A DNA stretch of 15,423 nt from a bacterium (lineage in GTDB: Bacteria > Zixibacteria > MSB-5A5 > GN15 > FEB-12). A model generated the notes under the pieces. It was not told the origin of the DNA, searched no databases, and was given only the letters and a program-made list of their open reading frames with translations. The stretch is from the NCBI GenBank assembly GCA_043811375.1, contig JBDRNJ010000078.1:1-15423 (forward strand). The letters are read 5' to 3'. Position 1 is the first letter of the stretch. Each line of letters opens with the position of its first letter. Both the position numbers and the translations under genes were made by a program. Below, piece after piece: positions 8,773 to 15,286 of this stretch.

Positions 8773-9630
8773 TTACTTCAGTTGTTTGCCTATCCCCAGC
8801 AATCCGCTGACGATGCCCAGACATGCTGCGGCGACGCAGTAGATGACGATCTCCTGGGTAACAGGTATGACCAGTTCGAATTGGGTAAAGGTTATTTCCT
8901 GCCGGGCGTAGAAGATCACCAGCCAACCTGTAATTGCCGACAGACCACCGATAAACCAACCCTCCAGCAGGAACGGTACGGCCAGAAAAAACCGGCCGGC
9001 TCCCAGCAGTCTCATCCGGCGAAACCCCACCGCCCTTGCTTGCGAACTGAGCCGGATATTGTTGATGGAGCTTATCAGGGCGGTCAGCAGTATCAGGGTA
9101 CCCAGCATCAGGCCCGCATTCAGGATGGTGGTTCGGGTCGACTCGGCTTTTTCCAGCCACCGCCGGCTGTAGTAGACCTGATCGATGTCCGGTTGATTTT
9201 CAATCTCATTACCGATACCGGCCATCTCAGCCACGGACAGGTAGTCGGGTTTAATCGTCAGGACAAACGAACACGGCAGCGGGTTCAGGCTGTCGTAGCC
9301 GACCAGTAAATCTACGCCGACCATTCGAGACAGCTCCTCGCGGGCCATTTCCCGGGATACAAATGTCACCGAGGCAACGCCTTCAGTGGCCGCCAGTGAG
9401 GTTTCCAACGATGACAGCGTCGAATCGGCCACATCCTCGGTGACAAAAACCTCCATTCGCAGTTCGGACAGTAGATTTGCGTAGAACCGATCCGAGGTGC
9501 CGGCGGCAATCCAGTACAGGTCGAACAGCAGGAACAGCAGCATCAACGATAAAAACGAACCGACAGCAGTGCCCGGATTTCGATAAAGATTGCGTCCCAG
9601 TTCCCTGAGGATATAAGCTGTTCTGGTCAT
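8773..9630 (-). CDS. ftsX: Cell-division ABC permease FtsX
   Basis: TM1, periplasmic domain with FVSREMA and NPLP, then ISSINNIRL, MRLLGA, PFLLEG and further TM segments. ATG 9630 overlaps the ftsE stop (ATGA). Confidence 0.9.
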   Translation of the reverse strand: MTRTAYILRELGRNLYRNPGTAVGSFLSLMLLFLLFDLYWIAAGTSDRFYANLLSELRMEVFVTEDVADSTLSSLETSLAATEGVASVTFVSREMAREELSRMVGVDLLVGYDSLNPLPCSFVLTIKPDYLSVAEMAGIGNEIENQPDIDQVYYSRRWLEKAESTRTTILNAGLMLGTLILLTALISSINNIRLSSQARAVGFRRMRLLGAGRFFLAVPFLLEGWFIGGLSAITGWLVIFYARQEITFTQFELVIPVTQEIVIYCVAAACLGIVSGLLGIGKQLK

Positions 9631-10283
9631 GACAGTCGGCCTTCGGTTATTTCGTAACAATCGCAGTGGGGAAGCTCCTGGGAAAGGGCTTCCGATGAAA
9701 GAATTATCATTGAGCGGCCGGAGAGAGACACCGAAATCAAATACTCGAGAATTCGTTGATAGGTTTTCCGATCGAGCCCGGCCAGCGGTTCATCGATCAG
9801 CATCAGCGGCTGGTTGGCGATCGATGCCCGTGCAAACTGTACCAGGGTGTTCTCGACTCGCGTCAACGAATGGGGATACTCTCCGGCCTGTTTAAGCAGA
9901 GAAAACTCCGTCAGCATTTTCAACAGGCGTTCGCGGCGGGTTTTCCGGCGTTCACCTATCAGGATCAGGGGCAGGGTGATATTCTCAGCAACCGTCAGGG
10001 ATGGCACCAGGCCAAAAATCCCGCCTATGCCTCCGATCCGCCGACGCACGTACTTGATGGTTCCGGCCGCGCCCGGTCGGATGGTACGGCCCAGGATATC
10101 CACCGAGCCGCTGTGAGCACGACGCAATCCCACCAGCAGTTCGGCCAGACTCGTTTTGCCGGACCCGGCGGCTCCCATAATGATGGCCGAGCGACCGGAC
10201 TCGAGATTAAAAGAGAGATCGCGAAAAATCTGACCACCCCGGTCGGATTTCAGATAGACATTATTGATTTCTACCAACGTCAT
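9627..10283 (-). CDS. ftsE: FtsE-like ABC ATP-binding protein with degenerate motifs
   Basis: Walker A GAAGSGKTS, RRRIG, TVAENITLPL, Walker B LMLIDEP, D-loop AGLD. Coupled to ftsX; GGAG RBS present. Confidence 0.85.
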   Translation of the reverse strand: MTLVEINNVYLKSDRGGQIFRDLSFNLESGRSAIIMGAAGSGKTSLAELLVGLRRAHSGSVDILGRTIRPGAAGTIKYVRRRIGGIGGIFGLVPSLTVAENITLPLILIGERRKTRRERLLKMLTEFSLLKQAGEYPHSLTRVENTLVQFARASIANQPLMLIDEPLAGLDRKTYQRILEYLISVSLSGRSMIILSSEALSQELPHCDCYEITEGRLS

Positions 10284-10324
10284 GTTTATCTCCGGCGGGT
10301 TTGCGCCGATCCACCAGTCAACAG

Positions 10325-10353
10325 TTGACGCCGGCGTTCCAGCGGTCTATCTT
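10325..10353 (+). promoter_or_regulatory. Putative sigma70 promoter for the YCF48-like gene
   Basis: TTGACG-17 nt-TATCTT. Confidence 0.55.
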
Positions 10354-10390
10354 GGATCAGCCGGATCGCAGCGAACCAACTGCGACTGTA

Positions 10391-10419
10391 ATGGTACAAA
10401 GCTTAAACTCGGGGAACAA
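10391..10419 (-). promoter_or_regulatory. Possible sigma70 promoter for the ftsE...rluD cluster
   Basis: Minus strand TTGTTC-17 nt-TACCAT; weak match to consensus. Confidence 0.3.
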
Positions 10420-10429
10420 CAAAAAGCCC

Positions 10430-11365
10430 ATGAAGACTTTTTCAGTTATGATTCTGATTCTCCTGGCGGCCGGTTTGCCGGCGGTAGCTCAGGAGTGGGA
10501 AAATGTCCGGTCTCCATTCGATCAGCATATCACCGGTATCTGTGCCGTCCACGCCGACACCCTCTTTCTTGTTACCGACAAGGGTCAGTTTGCCCGAACC
10601 GTCGATGGCGGCTGGAACTGGCAGGTGACGACGGTAGCTGGTAAGGTCCATCTGGAGGATGTCAGTTTTGTCAACAGCCGACTGGGTGTGGCCTGCGGAC
10701 GCAACGGCGCCCTGTGGCGGACAACCGATGGCGGCGCCAACTGGCAGAGCAAGTCGCTGCCGGACACGCTGCCCTGGTTTATGGATGTCGAGATGTTTGA
10801 CGCCGGCACCGGCCTGGTAATCGGGATGCCCCGTGATTCGGCCAATCCCTTGGATGGATTGGCGTTTCGCACCACCGACAGCGGTCATACGTGGCATAAG
10901 ATAGAGCGTATAGGGATGGGTTACACCGAGATTTGTCATCAGACGGGTGCGCCGGTGTATCTTCTTTCCTTCGGGTACATCCATCGCTCCGATGACCTCG
11001 GCGGTCACTGGAATACCGTTAAAATCCCTGATGGTATGGCCGCCCGGGCTATCTCGATTGAGGGCCGCACCGGTATCATGGCCGGGCCGAACGCGATGTT
11101 TGCCTGGTCAGCCGATAGCGGCAAGACCTGGACCAATCTCGAGGGATGGTCCAACCAGCTTTTCATCGCCGCTCAACTGGTGGATGAAAACATCGGATAT
11201 GCCGGAGGTTACGAGGGTGTCATGAAGCGTACCACCGACGGCGGCAAAACCTGGAATGATGATACGTTGCCCCTCAAGTTCACAGTTCTGGACATGTGCC
11301 TGGCCGGTAATCGGCTTTTTGCCGTGGGCCAGGACGGCAACATCATCGCTAAGAAAATACGGTAG
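10430..11365 (+). CDS. Secreted YCF48-like / BNR (Asp-box) beta-propeller protein
   Basis: Signal peptide MKTFSVMILILLAAGLPAVA-QE. Six Asp-boxes: RTVDGGWNW, RTTDGGANW, RTTDSGHTW, RSDDLGGHW, WSADSGKTW, RTTDGGKTW. Start moved from 10301 to ATG 10430. Confidence 0.88.
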   Translation: MKTFSVMILILLAAGLPAVAQEWENVRSPFDQHITGICAVHADTLFLVTDKGQFARTVDGGWNWQVTTVAGKVHLEDVSFVNSRLGVACGRNGALWRTTDGGANWQSKSLPDTLPWFMDVEMFDAGTGLVIGMPRDSANPLDGLAFRTTDSGHTWHKIERIGMGYTEICHQTGAPVYLLSFGYIHRSDDLGGHWNTVKIPDGMAARAISIEGRTGIMAGPNAMFAWSADSGKTWTNLEGWSNQLFIAAQLVDENIGYAGGYEGVMKRTTDGGKTWNDDTLPLKFTVLDMCLAGNRLFAVGQDGNIIAKKIR

Positions 11366-11403
11366 TTGATCTACCGCTGCGTATGGTCTTACAAGTTTGA
11401 TTG

Positions 11404-11497
11404 GGTGGCGTCAGGCGACTCTGCTTGACGCATTCCTCAGACAAGTTCATCTTGCGTAGAACGTTAGAGCTGTCGGGCAGAGTCACCCGACAGCACC
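11404..11497. repeat. Inverted pair of related REP-like hairpins (REPIN/BIME-like)
   Basis: GGTGGCGTCAGGCGACTCTGCTTGACGC (11404-11431) versus the reverse complement of 11469-11497, GGTGCTGTCGGGTGACTCTGCCCGACAGC. Each copy folds into a 9-bp stem. Confidence 0.7.
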
Positions 11498-11583
11498 TCG
11501 TGATGAACAATGTATCTCCTGTCATAGCTTCTTCACGGTCCTGACATCTTTGTTACACGATCACAAGATATTCACTTTTCATA

Positions 11584-11610
11584 GTCAGGAGCACAAGGCT
11601 CCTGACCTAC
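11584..11610 (-). repeat. GTAG-type REP element
   Basis: Minus strand GTAG-GTCAGGAGC-CTTGT-GCTCCTGAC: GTAG tetranucleotide directly 5' of a perfect 9-bp stem. Confidence 0.7.
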
Positions 11611-11622
11611 CCGTTGCCGGCC

Positions 11623-11651
11623 TTGACATTTCGATGATCCGCGCGTATTCT
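11623..11651 (+). promoter_or_regulatory. Putative sigma70 promoter for the 11692-12862 gene pair
   Basis: TTGACA-17 nt-TATTCT, 40 nt upstream of ATG 11692, which has a GGGGAG RBS. Confidence 0.7.
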
Positions 11652-11691
11652 AACGGCAACAGGATACCACAAACAAACAGGGGAGTGAATT

Positions 11692-12303
11692 ATGCTAATC
11701 CGTTCAATCTGTTTCGGGCTGGTGGTGGTGTGTCTGGTGGTGACTGGCACGGCGCAACAGCCGCCAATCAATACCGGTGACGTGGACTGTACTGGAAGCG
11801 TGGACGTTGGAGACATAACCGGGTTGGTTGCGTACCTCTTTCAGGGCGGTGCGGAACCGTGTGATTTTGTTAGTCCAGGGATTGCCTACAAAGTAGACGC
11901 AATGACGACAACAATACCACCAGCACCAGACCCCTCCAATTGGTGGCTAAACCTCTATACCCTCGACTCAATCTCCATCGGGATTCCCGCTGGAGGCACA
12001 ATTGTGCTCAGTACAACATTAGACATCTATGATCCTGGAACGTGCGGAAGCGCCACCAGACTTGGCTGGTCGCTGGACGGTTTGAGTGATCCTCCGGAAT
12101 CCGATCAGGTGCAGCTTGGTGCGTCGGCCAATACTGGGTGTGGCTCTGGCTATAGGTGGACAGCTAACTGTGACAGGTTCATTGCAGCCGATTCGGCGGG
12201 TACCTACACTGCCTACCTGAAGATCAGAGCGAGATTCAACCAGACTGCTGTATATCGTCGTACATTAACCGCCACCTATTTCCCTGTCAACTATGGGCAG
12301 TAG
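11692..12303 (+). CDS. Secreted hypothetical protein: signal peptide, single dockerin-like (EF-hand-like) repeat, probable beta-sandwich
   Basis: Hydrophobic N-terminus ending GTA-QQ; GDVDCTGSVDVGDITGLVAYLFQGGAEPC; beta-strand-like C-terminal region; RBS and promoter present. Confidence 0.8.
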   Translation: MLIRSICFGLVVVCLVVTGTAQQPPINTGDVDCTGSVDVGDITGLVAYLFQGGAEPCDFVSPGIAYKVDAMTTTIPPAPDPSNWWLNLYTLDSISIGIPAGGTIVLSTTLDIYDPGTCGSATRLGWSLDGLSDPPESDQVQLGASANTGCGSGYRWTANCDRFIAADSAGTYTAYLKIRARFNQTAVYRRTLTATYFPVNYGQ

Positions 12304-12331
12304 CCAGGAAACAAGAATTGGAGTGTGGAAT

Positions 12332-12862
12332 ATGAGAAAGCAGAACATATACAGTGTCGTTTTCGCATTGACGCTGGTGCTGGTGGTGTTGGCTGCAAGG
12401 GAGCAGGTACTGGGGAAGGACTACCAAAGAGAAGCACTGCGTGGAATTCAATCTGTAAAGGTCTTTATTACCACGTCAGGAGAAGACCACACCCTTGAAT
12501 CACAGATAAAAACGGGCGTAGAATTGAAACTGCGATTAGCCGGAATTGACGTTGTGCCGGAAGAAGATACAGTACGGCGTACACAAAGCTTTCTGGACGT
12601 TCTAATCACCTGGACTAAGCTCGATGACGATCACCACTTGATTTTCTCTGTCGACTTGGAATTAATGACGTTTGCTCACCTGCCACACGACACCAGTTGT
12701 GCTTTACACAACGTCATTATTTGGAATAATAGCTACTTCGCTATAACACCAAGTAAACGGAAGTTCCGACAGGATGCAAGACTACAAGCAAAGGACCTAA
12801 CCGACCAGTTCATAAACGACTACTTAGCAGCAAATCCAAAGAAAAAGGATAATGAGCCATGA
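12332..12862 (+). CDS. Secreted or membrane-anchored hypothetical protein
   Basis: ATG 12332 follows GGAG (12320-12323). N-terminus MRKQNIYSVVFALTLVLVVLAA; alternating alpha/beta pattern ending DQFINDYLAANPK. Confidence 0.75.
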   Translation: MRKQNIYSVVFALTLVLVVLAAREQVLGKDYQREALRGIQSVKVFITTSGEDHTLESQIKTGVELKLRLAGIDVVPEEDTVRRTQSFLDVLITWTKLDDDHHLIFSVDLELMTFAHLPHDTSCALHNVIIWNNSYFAITPSKRKFRQDARLQAKDLTDQFINDYLAANPKKKDNEP

Positions 12863-12950
12863 GAATTTTCAAGACTGCTATATCTGTCCCCGCAAATACT
12901 CTCACACTCAAGCTCCCGTAGTCGGGCTCAATTCCTACTATCACATCTCT

Positions 12951-15182
12951 CTAACACACCGGCGCCGGGCCGCCCTGGAACAAATATCCCACCAGGTAAG
13001 TCAGGTCGGCCACGTCAATAAAGTCCGATCCGTCCACGTCGGCGGCGTCTATAACCGGCGGCGGTGGACCACTCTGGAACAGGTAGGCCACCAGATAAGT
13101 CAGGTCGCCCACGTCCACCGCACCACTGCCATCAACATCGCCGCAAACGTAGGGGATGTACATCACACTAAAGATGGTCGAGGTCGACGACAACCCGACA
13201 CCATCAGTAGCCACCACTTTCCAGTAATTGACACTGCTGTCGGCCAACGAATCATCCGGCGTGTACTCCGATTCCGGCAAGCCAGTATAAATACGCGTGT
13301 CCGGCCCGACCGGGAAAGTCGAGTCGGTGGCGATGTACAGATCATATGTCACCGGTGAACCCTGTTTGTCCGAAGTAGTCCAGTCAAACAGTGGTGTCGG
13401 GTCGTTAACCTCCTCACCATCCTCCGGCAGAAGCAACGTCGGTGCGACGGGAGTGGTTGTGTCTACAGTGAATGTCCACACCGGCGAGAACTCCGAGCTG
13501 TCGGTTCCGGTTAAGTTGGAGGCTTTCACGCGCCAGTAGTGGAGACCTTCACGCAGGAGGGTATCCTCGATTATGAAATTGGTGTCGGTGTAGCGATAGT
13601 TAACGTCGGTCAGGAAAGTTGGGTCGGTTGAGTACTCAAGCCGGTAGCGGTCCTGGTCATGTTTCCAGCAGGTGGACCATTCAAACCGGGTGTTCGATGG
13701 CAGGTAAGCACCGTCCGGCGGTGCCGACAATCGCGGCTCCAGAATCGGAATGACCCAGTTGGCGCCATAGACGTTCTGGTTACCGTCGCGGGTGTCGGTC
13801 CAGATGGCATTGACGTGATCCTTGAATGCCGTCACGCCGATATACTCCGCGATCCTCCCGGCGCGCGGACCACCCGCACGAACAGCGCCCGGCGATTCTC
13901 CATCGGACCGTGACCCCAGCGAGTCCGGGCTGGAGGAAACCTCGGAGATACGATGGTTGGTCGTGAATGTCCGTCCGGCATCGAACGAGTAGGCGGCGAA
14001 CAGATCGAACTCATAGTGATTGGGGTCCAGTCGCTGGTCGTAAAAGATACTCACCAGCGTGCCTTCCTCGTTGCAGAACAGCCAGGGATGGAACTGATCA
14101 TGGATAGCGCTCGATCCGGTAAGGTCATCGTTAACGTACACCTTTTCCGTCCAGGTCTGGCCGCCGTCATCGGAGCGGATAAACTCGATATTGTAATCTT
14201 TGTACTCGGTGTTACTGGTGTCCATACTGGCGTAGGAGATATAGATATTGCCATCAAATGGCCCGCCGGTAATATCGGCCGCGGCTGCCGGGGCATTATA
14301 GACGTCGATATCGCCATCGATCAGGTCCCAGTAATGGTAGCCATACGTTTCCCAGTCACCGTACGTAAACTGCACCCACTCGGCATCGCTGAAACTGGCG
14401 CCGCCGTTGGTCGATTTGGCCATCTTGATAATATGAATTAGCTCACAGGCAACCGTGTCAAAACCGGTCCAGAAGACATAAACGGAACCGTCACTGCCCA
14501 CAATCGGCTGCGCGAACTGCCCGGCTTCAATCACTCCGTACCCGCACGATGTGAAATCCTGCAGCGGACCCACGATTATCGAATCACCGAAACTGCTCAC
14601 ACCGTCGGTGGAGCGCACAAAGGCGATCCGGTTAGGTTCATAGGTGTCGAACGGATAGCGCGCCCAGGACATGTAGAAGTTGCCGTCGTAAAACCCGCCG
14701 GTGCGGTCAATAGTGATAAACTGCTTGTCCTCGAAATACATGCCCGGCGGAGCCTCAAAACCGACCGGCAGCGACCAGGTGAGGCCTTTGTCGGTCGACT
14801 TGGTCACGCAGAGCGCAGAATTCTGATCGACAAAGACGCCCCAATCCATGAAGCACAGGTAGAAATTGCCGTCACGGTCAACATCCAGACAGGGATCGGA
14901 CTGTTGGTCATACTTAACGCGGTTGGCCAGCGAATCAACCCAGGTGTCGCCGCCGTCTGTAGAGCGACCAACGCCGACCTGCCGGTAGCCGAGGCGGAAA
15001 TCACGCCAGTCGGCAATGACGATATTGCTATCGGTGGGGCATACCCAGATCATTTCTTCGTTTTGAAGCTCCGGATGGTCCAGGGCGATCCGGTAATTGG
15101 TTGGAGGCGGCAGCGCGGGTGACACGCTCACACCGGCCAACAGAATGATTCCGGCAATGACTGCGCAAACGACATTCTTCAT
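12951..15182 (-). CDS. Secreted sialidase-like BNR beta-propeller protein with two FN3-like domains and a C-terminal dockerin-like domain
   Basis: ATG 15182 follows AAGGAG; signal peptide. Asp-boxes RSTDGGDTW, KSTDKGLTW, RSTDGVSSF, KSTNGGASF, RSDDGGQTW, YSFDAGRTF. Two PxL..P.DG...F.W...Y.L...TD.TF...YW[RK]V.A repeats. Duplicated DVDGS..[VI]DV.DLTYLV.YLFQ.GP.P tail. Confidence 0.88.
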   Translation of the reverse strand: MKNVVCAVIAGIILLAGVSVSPALPPPTNYRIALDHPELQNEEMIWVCPTDSNIVIADWRDFRLGYRQVGVGRSTDGGDTWVDSLANRVKYDQQSDPCLDVDRDGNFYLCFMDWGVFVDQNSALCVTKSTDKGLTWSLPVGFEAPPGMYFEDKQFITIDRTGGFYDGNFYMSWARYPFDTYEPNRIAFVRSTDGVSSFGDSIIVGPLQDFTSCGYGVIEAGQFAQPIVGSDGSVYVFWTGFDTVACELIHIIKMAKSTNGGASFSDAEWVQFTYGDWETYGYHYWDLIDGDIDVYNAPAAAADITGGPFDGNIYISYASMDTSNTEYKDYNIEFIRSDDGGQTWTEKVYVNDDLTGSSAIHDQFHPWLFCNEEGTLVSIFYDQRLDPNHYEFDLFAAYSFDAGRTFTTNHRISEVSSSPDSLGSRSDGESPGAVRAGGPRAGRIAEYIGVTAFKDHVNAIWTDTRDGNQNVYGANWVIPILEPRLSAPPDGAYLPSNTRFEWSTCWKHDQDRYRLEYSTDPTFLTDVNYRYTDTNFIIEDTLLREGLHYWRVKASNLTGTDSSEFSPVWTFTVDTTTPVAPTLLLPEDGEEVNDPTPLFDWTTSDKQGSPVTYDLYIATDSTFPVGPDTRIYTGLPESEYTPDDSLADSSVNYWKVVATDGVGLSSTSTIFSVMYIPYVCGDVDGSGAVDVGDLTYLVAYLFQSGPPPPVIDAADVDGSDFIDVADLTYLVGYLFQGGPAPVC

Positions 15183-15242
15183 GATAGTACTCCTTCTGCG
15201 AACCTGTATTGACAGCAGGTATGATGCTTGTGAGGCGCTTGA

Positions 15243-15271
15243 AATATAATGAGTTAGGGTGCGTTTGTCAA
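15243..15271 (-). promoter_or_regulatory. Putative sigma70 promoter for the 15182->12951 gene
   Basis: Minus strand TTGACA-17 nt-TATATT, about 60 nt upstream of ATG 15182. Confidence 0.7.
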
Positions 15272-15286
15272 GAAGGGACACGATAG

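Noticed and set aside
314..10328. Many long antisense or alternate-frame ORFs (e.g. 1387-2148, 3640-4314, 4339-5217, 8695-9309, 9756-10328)
   Set aside because: Shadows of well-supported genes in GC-rich DNA, with no recognisable motifs.
10301..10429. N-terminal extension of the YCF48-like ORF
   Set aside because: It overlaps the predicted promoter region, and the signal peptide begins at ATG 10430.
11366..11691. CRISPR array, tRNA or known riboswitch in the hairpin-rich intergenic region
   Set aside because: No regularly spaced direct repeats, no cloverleaf or T-loop motif, and no riboswitch consensus that I recognise. An Rfam scan would be needed to exclude this fully.
11770..13151. Dockerin-like repeats as a DGR template/variable repeat pair
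   Set aside because: Differences are mostly at third codon positions, not adenine-specific, and no reverse transcriptase is present.
12852..13358. 168-aa plus-strand ORF with an internal repeat
   Set aside because: It is the antisense shadow of the duplicated dockerin-like tail.
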